The position numbers and the translations under genes were made by a program. A DNA stretch of 64,000 nucleotides from the human T2T-CHM13v2.0 reference genome, Homo sapiens. The notes under the pieces are model-generated. The model searched no databases, had not been told where the DNA came from, and was given only the letters and a program-made list of their open reading frames with translations. Within the stretch, counting starts at the first letter, position 1; the number at the start of each line of letters is the position of its first letter. This document shows positions 1 to 14,320 of this stretch, one piece after another. The DNA lies in the NCBI RefSeq assembly GCF_009914755.1, contig NC_060930.1. The stretch is one strand, 5' to 3'.

Positions 1-89
1 GAAAAAGAAACACATGAACTTTTCAACTTTTTTCCCTGAGAACTTCATACAATTTTATGCAATCTGACAAAAGTTCATTTTATTTCCTA

Positions 90-383
<294 letters not shown>

Positions 384-1893
384 AGCTCATTTTATTTCTA
401 ATGCATGTTCAACTAAGCTGAACACTGACATTATTGGATAAATAATCACATTTCCTGGAAGGTGCATATAAAAATGAAAGGAGTCCTTTAAGTTAATTTT
501 TCTGTAAAATGACATGACAGCTCCATATTAATGTTTAATATTTATAAATGCTTCTGATAAGATTATTCTGACTCGTGCTATTTATTCCTATTTAAGTTTA
601 ACAAAGTGTAAAGATCCATAAACCTTCTGAATTTTGAATTTCTCTAAAGGATTAAGAACTGTTTGCCAGTTTACAACAATCTAGCAATTAATATTAGCAA
701 TAATTTCATAGTAGTCATTTCATATGACTTATAGGTGATTTAAACTAAATGCTTTTAAACATTTTTCAACAACTTTATATAAACAACCTGTGTCTGGTAT
801 ATGACTTTGGGATGATGCATTGGTCCTTAACCTCATGAGCAGTTTGGAAGCCAGAGGCAGTGCCCCATGAGGGTGGATACTGGGAGAATGTGAGTCTAGA
901 TGAAAACCAGCCCCTGTGATAGATTCCTCTATCCATCTATAAATATAAAAATTGGGTTCTACCCCATCTTTACAACTTCAAAGTTCAAGACAGATTTTCC
1001 TCATCGTGTCTGCTCTGTTGGCATTTTGAAATAATTTCTCAAGTGCATCATGATTGACATCCTAAATATCACTGGGCTCACGTGACTTTAATTCACAGAA
1101 CAATTAATAGTAATTGGTGGGGAAAAGTTAATATCAGAAGGGGAAATCTCAGTTTTTGGCACATTCTCAAGTATTCATTTCTAAATAAATGAACCATTAT
1201 GCTATCTTATCCAAAATAAAGATGATTATTATACATTTTTTTCTCTTCCATAAACCAAAGGGCTAAATTAAAATAAGAGATTGTATAATCTTTGATTTAT
1301 TTGGGGGAGGATTAATTATCTTCCCAGTGAATAACAAAGATTTTCTCTGCTGGACTCTTATTTTCTCTGTCTTTTCTAAGTTCTTATTACAGTTTATAAG
1401 TGCTTTCCAACCAGTGGCAGACCCTTGGTAATATATATGAATGAACAGCTCAGAGACCCACATACACAGCCTGCTCTGCTGAACTTGTGTACCCATAAGA
1501 GTCCACCATATGTAGCACGGAGAGAAGGATCAGTAAAATTGTGAGCATTTACTCCCCTGTTACTGCACAAATGGACAGCATGTGGTTCCTCATTTTTATT
1601 TCACTTCCATCCTATAAATCCTTGGCCATTCTAAATGCAGGTAATTTTACAGAAATCACCTCACTGTGCAAAACAGTAATGTTTATTTTCCCAAGAGTGA
1701 CCAAACAGTTACAAACAAGGTGTTGGGGCGAGTTTCTGATGCCCATTCATGTGATTTCTTTGTCTTCTAAGAACATGCATACTCTTGCTCTAAGTTCTGG
1801 AATTTCATCTACTAAGCTAAGATGAACATAAATAATCAAGATATAAACAGTTATCTCTGAAAACATAGACTAAACACATTCCTCAGGGAGTAA

Positions 1894-1994
1894 TTAAGCA
1901 TGTGGGAGTTATTTATATCCTACTGCTGAAGGTCATCGCCAAGGTCTGATTGTAAAAATTCAAAAAATTGCAACCTCAGGCGTAAACGGGTTAC
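1894..1994. mobile_element. MER85 (piggyBac/PGBD3-derived MITE), truncated at one end
   Basis: taagcatgtgggagttatttatatcctactgct...aaaattcaaaaaattgcaacctcaggcgtaaacggg-tta matches the MER85 consensus as recalled; one TIR present. Confidence 0.85.
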
Positions 1995-2215
1995 CCATGG
2001 CACCGGTAACCACAAGTGTGCTAAATAAATGCTAAAACTCTTAGTCTTCAACAGCCTTGGTGATAACCATATTCTCAGATATGGGCAAGAGAGGGTGGTA
2101 GGAAAAGGCTGTTCTTCCCAGTTGCTAATATTTATAAATCCCATGACAACAAGAGTTCCAATTTATAATAAAGGAATAAGAAGAAACTGGAATAAAGGCA
2201 AAAATCCTACCATTA

Positions 2216-2614
<399 letters not shown>

Positions 2615-2640
2615 TCATCTCTTTTTAAGAAGCCATTCAG

Positions 2641-2941
<301 letters not shown>

Positions 2942-3019
2942 GAAGACAAAGAAGAAGCAGCCGCCAATCAGGGCTTTGAAAAAGATGCAGACCTTCTATC
3001 ACTGATTCCCAGTGATAGC

Positions 3020-3210
3020 TATGCATCAGAATCCCCTGAGTTCTTTAGAAATATATTGCACTAGATGTCCTCCCCCCAACCCCATCTCCCCATTCCTTAT
3101 CTTTATTTAGCCCCTTGCCCTCTGATTCTAATTCTGCAGGTCTGGGGTAAGATCCAGGAATCTGTATGCATTTATGTTGTATTTGTTTGTCTTTACCAGC
3201 TTTCTCAGAC
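3020..3210. mobile_element. MER5-like hAT DNA transposon relic
   Basis: gcatcagaatcccctg...tctgattct...aggtctggggtaagatccaggaatctg resembles MER5A. Confidence 0.45.
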
Positions 3211-3404
3211 TTTTGTTAAATGCCCACCACCAAAGTTCCATAAATTTTAAATAATTTGCTAGATACGTCTTGTAACATCAGCATTTAGCCAGCAAACTTC
3301 AACTGAAAATCATCCTGTGGAGCTATGATTTGAGCTACTGAGGCATATGCGAGGGTGGAAATAAAGACAAGAACACTGAGCCCAGTGGCCTGGTCTGAAG
3401 CTGA

Positions 3405-3590
3405 TTTTGCCATGCATCTGGTAACTTCGGGCAAGCAGCTTAACCTCTCCGTGCCTGTTTCCTCATCTATAAAGTGGGAATAAAAATAGTACTTATCTCT
3501 TAGGGCTTTTTTGAGGATTGAATAAGTTAAAAGACATAAATCACTTAGAACTATGCTTGTCTCATAGTAAGCATAGTAGAAGTGTTAGTT
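3405..3590 (+). mobile_element. MIR SINE
   Basis: Core ggcaagcagcttaacctctccgtgcctgtttcctcatctataaa. Confidence 0.85.
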
Positions 3591-5284
3591 ATATTGATCT
3601 GAGGTAATTACTAAAGAAATCGGCCAAAACATTTTTAACCAAATGTTTAATTAAATGTTGTTTGCCTGTCAAATCCCCCAAGTCTGTTTAAAAGCACAAG
3701 TTGTGCTTGGAAAAAAATAAGTCTTTAGTTTTCATGTTTCCAGTTTCTGTCAACATCACTGATCATCAAGCAGGCAACTTCTTTATAAACAAGTACTGGG
3801 TGTTATTTTGTAAAAATTATTTCCATAAATACATACAGCTAAATAATTCAAGTTGGAGGTTTTCCTTTTAAAATGGAACTGTTAGACTTTTAAAAGATCA
3901 CAAAAAATAACAGATTTAACTTAATTATACTTATGCTGCCAAAATTATTTTCCCAATAAATGGATTTTATTCCATCATGCTCTAGCTTGTAATGGCTGTT
4001 GTCTTTGTCCAACTACCCAAAATGCTAACTAACTGAAAAACGAACACTATCCTCAGTACCTTTCCAATTCAGAGGTTGGAAATTATAAATCACTATACTT
4101 AGTCTGTACTATATATTAAGTGCCTCTCTCTGGCAAAAAGAATGCTGATTAACCTAGGAGATCAATTATGATTTCTATAGATTGCTGCTTTTATAAACCC
4201 ATTTTCATGTTAACATTGAAAGGTCATATTAGTCCTACTACAATGATAACATTTAGATTTGTCACAAAGATATTTTTAAAATCTATTCAATTTTACATTA
4301 TATAGTTTGCATATTTCTCTTGTGTATGTTTACATATGCCCTCATACAGAGGCAGAAAAAAAAAATCTGTCCAAACTCTAACCATCACACACATCAGCTT
4401 CACAAATTATTGACAGAGGAAACATGCCAGTGCCTAGATGGAGTGGGAGGGTGGCTTAGATCTTTCACAATACAACATTTGTGGACCTCTGTCATTGAGG
4501 CTGTTGGTATTGGAGGGGTGGTAAAGGACTACGAGAGAAAGTAGACAGGCTTCTGTACACAAGGAACGTATCATCTTCAGAAAACTGAGGTACATCAGCA
4601 TGAAACTCATCCCAGTCAGTGCCACGAGAGCAGAATGAACACAACCCACTCAGCAAAAGCCCTGGCAAGTTCTCAGAAGCCAGGAAGACAGAAATGGACC
4701 GAGAGCTACCACATGGTAGGACCAAATGAAAAGCCCAGGTCATGTGCCTGTGCAAAACCAGGAGCCACCCAGACCAGGTGAAAACCAAGGGGAGGGCCAT
4801 AGAGAAATCCAGAAGCATAGCCTACATCGTAAAGGCAGGCGCCCATATGAAACCTCTGGAGGCACCAAAATGAACAGACAATATTTTTGCAGTAGTATTG
4901 GCAAACATTAAAGGAAATAGCACTTAATTTCAAATACATGCTTCTAGGACACATTAGAAATGTGTGTCCATGTCTTCATCTCCAACCCACATGCCTCAGT
5001 AGCTCATTTCTTCTTCTCAGCTTGTTTTAGATTTGCAGGAAAAACTGATCAAACGTGTGAGGCATTGTTAAAAATGTATGAAGTTATCTACAAAACTGAA
5101 TTTAATGATGTAAAGTGAAAGAACAAATGTGTCTTTCAGTAAGTGGATTTGGTGTTAAAACTCTGCTCCAGAACTATAACATTTATAACCTATCATGACA
5201 TTTTTCAGAAAATTTTATAGCAGGTGAGAAGTCAGTTATTACCAACAAAAGCAGCATGGCAGGATTTATTACGCCTCCGATTCA

Positions 5285-6215
5285 ATTCGTTTCAAGAAAT
5301 ATTGATTGAGTGCTACCTTATGGCAAGCCCTGAGGAAAGCGAGGTGGGAAACACAGCGGTGAAAACGACATGACTGGCACCTTCTGCAGTTACCACGGCA
5401 TGGGGTACAAAGGACACAAGAGTTCAGAATAAGGAAAGATCACTTCTATCTGGGGGACAGGGCATAATTGAAATGTTTTCATGATGCAATTAACATTCCA
5501 ATTACATCTGAGATGGCTTATGGAATGTTGAGCCAGAGAAATGAAGGAAAAAGCCATTTAAATGCAGGGTCTGGCCTACAGGAAAGAGGTACGGAGAGTA
5601 TTTGAGAATTAGCATGGAGTCCAGCCTGACTTGAACACAAGATCTGAGTAAAGCCGAAATGAGAAGTAAAACAGGGAGGTTAATGGACAGTTTAAGATTT
5701 TAGACTTTCTCTTACTGTCCGTGGAAATCCACTGAAGATTTTTAAATGGGGAGAAGTGAGTATGGATGCTGTACTTTGGAAATACCAATACAGTGGTGTG
5801 TGCAGACTCAGGGAACTATCATTCCCCAGGGACTTTGGAATTGTGTTTGGCATTTTTGTTTGTCCCAGTGACTGTGGAGACACTACTGATGTTCGTGCAG
5901 GACAGAGGTCATGGATGTGAGACACCCTGCCATGTGCAAGAGTTCTGGAAAACAAAGAACTAGCCCAGCCCAAGTTGCAGCAATATCCTTTTGGGAGACA
6001 CTGGTAGAGAAAGGAAAGACTGCAGCCGGTGAGACAATTGCAGTAATCCAAGCAGTAGGTGATGACCTGAGCCAGGGTGATAGTAGTGGGAATGGAAATG
6101 AAGAGTCAAATATAAGAGATCTTGAAAAGAGGACAGAACCAACAGGTCCTATTTGTGATAGGAAATGTGATGGAGGAAAATGCTGAGGTTTTGAGCCTCA
6201 GGGACAGGAGCAATG
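5285..6215 (-). mobile_element. L2 fragments (degraded)
   Basis: aaatattgattgagtgctac start and purine-rich L2-antisense phrases (gcagtaatccaagc, ggttttgagcct). Confidence 0.5.
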
Positions 6216-6530
6216 GCAAGAATTTAGACTCTTACAGAAATTCAAAAATCAAAAATCTAAAACTCAGATCCAAAACCCTGCATCAGCATAGCCTCCTATG
6301 ATTTGCCTCTCCTCACATAAGAGAATCAACCCCCTACCCCATCCTCTCCTGAGGTGCTGCCTCTGGTTCTTCATTGCTTTATGCAGCCCACGGCACTTAA
6401 CTGGTGACTGGCCAAGCAGCTCTCCCTACTCCATGTCATGTTTTGTATTCATGCATGGTTCTGTCCCACAACAAGTGCTCAGTCAATGTTCCTTTAACTA
6501 TATAGAGCTTTCTGCTCTTTAAAGTGACTA

Positions 6531-6902
<372 letters not shown>

Positions 6903-7494
6903 CTAGTCATATAGCATCTTCATTGTTTTAGAAATGTGATCTGGCTATAATGTCATTGCTTCGACAGTTAACTTGTGGAAAGTATTTTAATTAGAAATTC
7001 ACAAGCTTCAAGCAAAAGAAAAGAATAAAATAAGCACAGAGCAAGTGAGTGAGGGGCATTATGAGCTGGTTGTTTTGGCTGCAGAAACCTCAGGAAACCA
7101 CCTGGTGGAAGTCGGCTGACAAATGTCTGTGAGAAGTGGAGAAATTCCATTCTCATGGCACAAGACACCTGGAATACATTGCTTTTCTCAAGTATAAAAA
7201 TCTTCATTCAACAAGCCCAAGAAATGCTTCAAAAAAAGTAATAATGATATTTGGAAATGTTTCTGTGTTCTCACTTGGAGTTCTTTTGGCTATTCCGCAG
7301 CCTTTGAAAATAAGAACTGAAACTGAAGGCCAGAGAGAATGTTTTAAAGTCAAATTTAAGTGTATAATATTTAATTTCCTAATCAATTTCTCTCTAGGGT
7401 TAAACTGTGTATAGTGAGAAAATGGTCATTGCTATGGCTGCTATAAAATAGACAAGTTTACAAACTCACACTAAGAAAAGTCTGGTGGTTTCTC

Positions 7495-8405
7495 CAAAGC
7501 AGAGCTACCCTATCACCCAGCAATTCCACTCCTAGGTAGGCACTCAAGAAAAATTAAAACACATGTCCACACAAAAACCTGTATACGAATGTTCATAGCA
7601 GCACTTTTCATAACGGCCAAAAAATGGAAACAATTCAAATGTCCATCACCCAATGCATGGATCAATAAAATGTGATATAGCCACATAATTAATCCCCACA
7701 ATTAAATATATTCAAGAATAAAAAGAAATGAAGTACTGATACATGCTACAGCATAGATAAACCTTGAAACATTATGCTAAGTGACAGAAGCCAATCATTA
7801 GGAAAAAAAATAAAATACAGTCGGGCATGGTAGCTCATGTCTGTAATCCCAACATTTTGGGAAGCTGAGGCAGAAGGATCTCTTGAAGCCGGGAGTTCAA
7901 GACCAGCCTGGTCAACATAGCAAGACCCCATCTCTACAAAAAAAAATTAAAAGTTAGCCAGGTGTGGTGATGCACCCCTTCAGTCCCAGCCACTCGGGAG
8001 GCTTAGGCAGGAGGACTGCATGAGCCCAGGAGTTCAAGGTTGCTGTGAGCTACGATTGCGCCACTGCACCCCAACCTGGGTGATTGAGAGACACCATATC
8101 TCTTAAAAAATTAACTATTTATTTTTAAAAAACAAAAAGCTCACATATTGTATGATTCCATTTTTATGAAACTTCCAGAATTGGCAAATCTATAGAGACA
8201 TAAAGTGGATTAGTGGTTGTCTAAAACTGAAGGAATTAAGAGGAAATGATGGATGACTGCAGGTGGGAGGTGGGTATAAGATTCTTTTTTTAGGTGATGG
8301 AAATATTCTAAACTTGATTGGGGTGATGGTTGCACAATTCCATCAATATGCTAAAAATCAATAAAGATAGGTGAATTATATAGTATGTGAATTGTATCTC
8401 AACGT
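7495..8405 (+). mobile_element. Old L1 (L1M-type) 3' end, interrupted by an Alu
   Basis: cccagcaattccactcctagg...gaatgttcatagcagc...tatgattccattttt...gtgaattgtatctcaa. Confidence 0.85.
7819..8110 (+). mobile_element. Alu (AluJ-like) inserted in L1M
   Basis: Dimeric Alu, caacatagcaagacccc, gagcccaggagttcaagg. Confidence 0.93.
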
Positions 8406-8675
8406 TGGGTCTTTTTAAATCACACTAAAATATTTCCTTAAACATGGGGTGAGGGCAGAAAGGGTCACCATGGTTTTTGAAGCACTTTATTTTTGTTTCC
8501 ATTTTCTGAAAAGGCATGCTGTGCATCTAAATAGCATTTCATCTCCTTGTGTGTCTTGGACTAGCATGGGCTCAAACATCAGACAGCATTCATGGATAGA
8601 TGGATGAATGAATGGAAGAACATCCAGCAAAGTCCTGAGAAGGTGCTTTAGGAAAGAACAGCAAGGAATACTCAC

Positions 8676-8729
8676 AGGAAGCCCCTGGGGTCCTCGGGGT
8701 CCCACCTCTCCTGGAGGCCCCTGTTGGCC
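8676..8729 (-). CDS. COL9A1: COL9A1 exon 28 (54 nt; GQQGPPGEVGPRGPQGLP)
   Basis: ataacAG|GGCCAA...CTTCCT|GTGAGT; preceded by an 88-nt intron 27. Confidence 0.97.
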
Positions 8730-8817
8730 CTGTTATCAGGAAGGAAGGTAGAAAAAAAGTTAACACCTACTGATTACAACAGGTTAGAACTTCAGGAGAG
8801 GTAAAATGGTGTCTTAC

Positions 8818-8871
8818 CGGTTTGCCTGAATTTCCCATCTGACCAGGCTTCCCTGGAGCACCTGTGCTACC
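8818..8871 (-). CDS. COL9A1: COL9A1 exon 27 (54 nt; GSTGAPGKPGQMGNSGKP)
   Basis: cccttAG|GGTAGC...AAACCG|GTAAGA. Confidence 0.97.
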
Positions 8872-9940
8872 CTAAGGGTAAAATGCAACATCCAAAATAA
8901 CTCATGCTGAAGTAAGCATAATCATCAATCTGCCTTACCCAGACTGGGATCTCTTACATTTGAATAGCATTAATTCCCTGCTTTCACACTGAGAATCTGG
9001 GAATGTGCAGAATCTCTTTCTTGTTAGATACATCGAAATCCTTTAGATTCAAGATATTGTCTGTGAGTCTGGGAAATATATTAAAGGTCAAATGTCAAAC
9101 AATGAGGGGTTTTAGCCTTCAGTTAAGGGGATCCTCTTCAATTAGAGGATTTTTCTTTCTTCACAATATTAATAATATATGTCTTTCCTTTACCATTTCC
9201 ACCTCCAATATAATTATTTGAGTCTTTCTACCTCACATTAAACTATTGAAACTATTAAGAATCCAACCAACATGGGGAAATAGGATATGCTGCTGAGAAA
9301 GCCCCGTCAGCAAGCTCTAGGGAAAGCACATGTCTGGAGATGCCCTCTCCACCATCAATCTCATGTGCAGCTCAAGACGCTGCAGACCACTGTGACTGGG
9401 GAGCTGCAGCCTGGTACTCTAATAGCCACCAATCTCTATGTTATTCACCTTTTATCTCTTTTCTTCTCAAGCAAAGCTATATTTTATCCCTTAACATTTT
9501 TTCCACCTATTGTTTTTAACTGCTTACATTTTTGTTTTATGTAGAATATAAGCACTGGTCGATCAGTATGTGAAAAAAAAAATGCCTAATATCTTTTTAG
9601 TTTAGCTGAATCATCCTAATAATAGTCTCTGACATAAGTTCTGTGGCTTAATAATATCTTCCTTATTTTAGTAGTAAGGAACAATAAAATTTTCTGTTTT
9701 ATACTGGCAAAGGATGACATTTTCATTAAGGAAATCTAATTAGCAGCATTTTGTCAAAGTATGCTTTCTGTAGCTAGGAAAAAGATTAGTATTTGAAGCC
9801 TTAACACATTTACCTTTTTATTTCTCCCTAGGGCCAAATATAAAATAAAACACATGCTGAAAATATTAAAAATTACAAATACGTTAGTAAATAATAAAGA
9901 AATTAAGAAAGATATTAACTTAAATTTTAAAATATTTTAC

Positions 9941-9985
9941 CTTTTCACCAGCAACACCCTTTGCACCAGGAATTCCAGGTACACC
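9941..9985 (-). CDS. COL9A1: COL9A1 exon 26 (45 nt; GVPGIPGAKGVAGEK)
   Basis: tcttttAG|GGTGTA...GAAAAG|GTAAAA. Confidence 0.97.
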
Positions 9986-11031
9986 CTAAAAGAATACATA
10001 CACAATCCTAGTTTAATCACCTCCTCTGAGAATCCATGAGATGCCAAGCCCACTGCACACTGCAGGGAGGCTGAGGGAATCATGATAACCTCAAAGCTTT
10101 AATGTAAGGAAGATGCTTCCTAGTTCCCAAATTCTGCACAGTCATTTATAGAATTACCCACAGTTTAGAGGGCATGACTTTACTATATCTGGCTTGTTAA
10201 AGCTAAGTACCCTTAAAGCAAATCTTGTCTTTAAACTAAAGTTACTTTTCAAGGACAAACTTCCCAAATTAGAATCCAGTACCACTTTCAGGTCAAGAGG
10301 AGCTCTACTAGGCAGGACAGAGGCTACAGGGATGTGACATGGTTTCATGTACAGAGTAATAAAATGAAGACCTCTCAGAAATGCTGAGCTTTATAGGAGA
10401 AAAAGGAAATGGTAGGAGGATGCTGGATCTGACTCAGGTTTGATATTATTGGGAGTGCTAATATTATCTGATTATTTAAAAGATTGGGGGCCAGGCTTTG
10501 ATATTACCAAGTATTCTTTATTAATTAGAAAGATTTGCCTGCAAAAGAGCCAAGAATACACGTGGTACAATCCACACGAACTTCCAGACACATTAATGCA
10601 GGGAAACACCAATTTGAATGATTAAAAATAGTACATAATCTAAGGGGTCACCTGAGTATACTCTCAGCACTCTTGTTGCTTAATCCTACTAACAAGAGCT
10701 TTAGAACCGGTTTAAAGTGGAATGAAATATATCACACTGGCCTACAGCTTAGGGTTAGTTAAAAAATATGTAAAAAAAGACTGAGTAAACTAAAGAGAGA
10801 AAAGGAATCCAAAGCATAAAATTAAAGCCTATTATTTACAGTTATTACACAAATAGCTATTCAGAGAAAAAGTATAAAATATAAAATACAAATGTAAATT
10901 GTAAAAATGTAAAAGTAAAACATCATATCTTCCCCAGAACTTATCAGATTAGGTAGCATGTCTCTCCCCAAAATGTATATCTTTAAAACATGTATATAAA
11001 CCAATTAACATGTAAAGAATCAAATACTTAC

Positions 11032-11085
11032 TGGTAACCCCTGCAATCCTGCATCACCAGGAGGCCCAGGTTTTCCTGGTTCACC
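11032..11085 (-). CDS. COL9A1: COL9A1 exon 25 (54 nt; GEPGKPGPPGDAGLQGLP)
   Basis: ttttgcAG|GGTGAA...TTACCA|GTAAGT. Confidence 0.97.
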
Positions 11086-11518
11086 CTGCAAAAAAAGCTT
11101 TTATCACATGATTGAACCTGTATGAGCTGCTGTATTTCTTTTAAGAAACGGAGGAGCACAGACGTTTTAAGTAAAAGGATTGTCCCAACAGCTGACTTTA
11201 CATGCACTTTTATAAAGTGACTTAATTTAGGGTGGGGGAGTAGGGTGGGAAATAGGACATAATTCAACCAAAATGCACAGTCTCTCTCAACTTACTTTCA
11301 TCAACAGGGCAATTTTACTGAGTTCCTGAAACCAAGCAAATAATTATACTATTCTAGTAAGTATTTCATATTTGACACTTGATTCAAAAATTAAAGGAAG
11401 GGAAAAAGCCAAAGCTAGCTAAATAAATCTTTTGGTGATTTAGTAATGGAAATGCCACACTCAGTTGGCCAGGGCAGAGACAGCCCCACTCACTCTTGGA
11501 GTAAATTACACAGCCTAC

Positions 11519-11572
11519 CTTTGTTCCAGGCATTCCAGGGATCCCATCACGGCCATCCACACCTGGCAAACC
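11519..11572 (-). CDS. COL9A1: COL9A1 exon 24 (54 nt; GLPGVDGRDGIPGMPGTK)
   Basis: gtgtttAG|GGTTTG...ACAAAG|GTAGGC. Confidence 0.97.
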
Positions 11573-11705
11573 CTAAACACACACAAAGAAACATACTGTC
11601 TCTTACACACAGTCACATTCTTTTTCCCTTCATTATTTTCTAAAGTTTCATTGCAAGTCAATGATCACTGAAAAATGTGCTTGATGACTACAGCTCAGGA
11701 CATAC

Positions 11706-11759
11706 CGTGTCTCCTTTGGGCCCAGGGAGACCAGGAATTCCTCTAGCACCTTCAGCCCC
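11706..11759 (-). CDS. COL9A1: COL9A1 exon 23 (54 nt; GAEGARGIPGLPGPKGDT)
   Basis: ccctgcAG|GGGGCT...GACACG|GTATGT. Confidence 0.97.
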
Positions 11760-11892
11760 CTGCAGGGAGGAAGAGAAAGAATAGACAAGACATGTTCAGT
11801 TAACATAATACTTAGACTTGTCAAAGAGATCAGCATAATCAGCAGATGACACTGAAAAGCAGGAGGCTTGGAGTGACTGAATTTAAACTCAC

Positions 11893-11946
11893 TCTATCTC
11901 CTTTGGGACCTGCTTCTCCTGGAGGTCCTCGCTGTCCTTGATCACC
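11893..11946 (-). CDS. COL9A1: COL9A1 exon 22 (54 nt; GDQGQRGPPGEAGPKGDR)
   Basis: catacAG|GGTGAT...GATAGA|GTGAGT. Confidence 0.97.
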
Positions 11947-13323
11947 CTGTATGAAAATAAAATTTTGTTAATACAAGAAAAAGTTACTTATTAATCAACT
12001 TTTAAAAATTAGAAAGTATCATCCACGTCACCAAACTATTAGTCTTCCACCACAATGGCTTTGCTCTATCAAGGAAGCCTAGATGAAGAAGTCTTTTTAT
12101 AAAAACGGAATTGTCTTAAAAATGGATATTGCCATAGAGATAACTGACACTTGATGGTCTTTTGTTTTCCCCTTAAATGCACTATGCCTCTGTGTTCTTG
12201 TGTGTAACATATAATGGATCCATGCAGTGGATTTCGACATCAGTAACTGCATGTACATATCAGCTAACTTCATTGACTGTTATAGAGGTTTGAGGTTTGG
12301 ATTAGTTGCCAATCTTTCCCTCATATTATTTAATCCCCCAGTCAATATTAGTAATTTCTGTCGAAGTGATCTAGCTAATGTTGATATACGTGATATACGC
12401 TACAGGTGGTAATAGATAAGAGGCTGTGTCTTCCTAAAATATAGCTTTTGTTGAGTTGCTTAACTCTAAAACCTCAAATGGCTCCCTATTGCTACTGGAT
12501 CTGTTCAAATGACTCAGGTTGGCATTAAACATTCTCCATTATGTATCTCTACCTTATCCTTCCAATCTCATCTTTTCAACCAAACTTTCCACTCCAGGCA
12601 GTGACAGCCCCTATGACAGCACACATAACCCCATCACCACCAACAGTGCCACCCCTGTACTTTGCTGTCTTTCCTGCCCGTAGGCTTTCAAACCAACCTC
12701 CCCCTCAGGTCCTCTTACATGGATTACATCTATCCTGTGCTCTAGCATTTGATCTTGTATAGTTTATCATTGAGTTACTTTCTGTCTTTCCCATTGGAAC
12801 ACAGGACTTTGACAGTTGGAAATTCTATCTTTCTTATATCTTTTCTACTTTTTATGTGGCATATTCAATTATCAATGGATGGCTTTTTTGTCTATTTCCC
12901 TCCCAAAAACAGGCTTGAGGAAACCTAAAATAATGACACATGGACATATGGCAATCAAAATGTGGAATAATGGAGTCAGAAACCATAGAAAACAAAAAAT
13001 ATCAAATGGGCAAGAAAGTAGAAACAAGATAGTTACTGAGACTCAAGGCGTCCTAATAACCAAAGAAAAGGAAAACACGCAAACATAAATACTTAATAAT
13101 TTGGCTTAATCTATGAAGAAAAAAATCATGTCAAGTCAGAAGAACATTTCTATGTACCCGAGAAAGATACCTGTCTTAATTAAATTTAAATTTAAACATA
13201 TATATATAAATTGTCCACTTTTCCACTTTAATTATTCACACATAAACAATACTGCACACACATGCATACATAGCAAAAAAAAAAAAATCTATCATTGGGT
13301 TTTGTGGAAGGAAAATCACTTAC

Positions 13324-13377
13324 AGGTGCACCAGGAAGACCCTGAGGCCCAGGTTCACCATCTAAGCCCCGAGCACC
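13324..13377 (-). CDS. COL9A1: COL9A1 exon 21 (54 nt; GARGLDGEPGPQGLPGAP)
   Basis: tttttgcAG|GGTGCT...GCACCT|GTAAGT. Confidence 0.97.
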
Positions 13378-13604
13378 CTGCAAAAAAACAAGACAATGGA
13401 AAAAAACTGAGATCAGTCATGTATGTTAAAGGAAGCATCCATCTTTCTAAAGAAATTTAATAGCCAGATGAAAAGGAGGTTTTGTGCCTGTAATACACAC
13501 AGTGATCCCTGAGGAGTAATTACTCAGGCACCTCAGGTAAACTTGTTTACATCTACTCAGCATACCAATTGTACTTAAACACAATCTTTGATGCCACTCT
13601 GTAA

Positions 13605-13914
<310 letters not shown>

Positions 13915-14067
13915 CAGTCTGTATGTTTTAAGTTAACACTGCACCCATCCTCAGTTGCTGACATGAGCTAAAAACACAGGTGCTTATTAATAGATTGGTA
14001 AATCTATTAGAAGAAGTTTGGTAGCCACTCTCCAGGGTTCTTAACATTTCTATAGAAATTAATTAAC

Positions 14068-14320
14068 CGCCAGGTGGGGGGATCACATGAGACCAGGAGT
14101 TCCAGACAGCCTGGCCAACATGGAGAAACCCAGTCTCTACAAAAATACAAAAATTAGCCGGGTCTGTTGGCACATGCCTGTAATCCCAGCTACTCAGGAG
14201 GCTAGAGCAAGAGAATCACTTGGGCCCGAGAGGAGGAGATTGCGTTGAGTGGAGAGAGCACCACTGCACTCCAGCATGGGCGACAGTGTGAGACCCTGTC
14301 TCAAAAACACACACAAAAAA
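14068..14320 (+). mobile_element. Alu, 5'-truncated
   Basis: ggatcacatgagaccaggagttcc...ctccagcatgggcgacagtgtgagaccctgtctcaaaaa. Confidence 0.9.
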
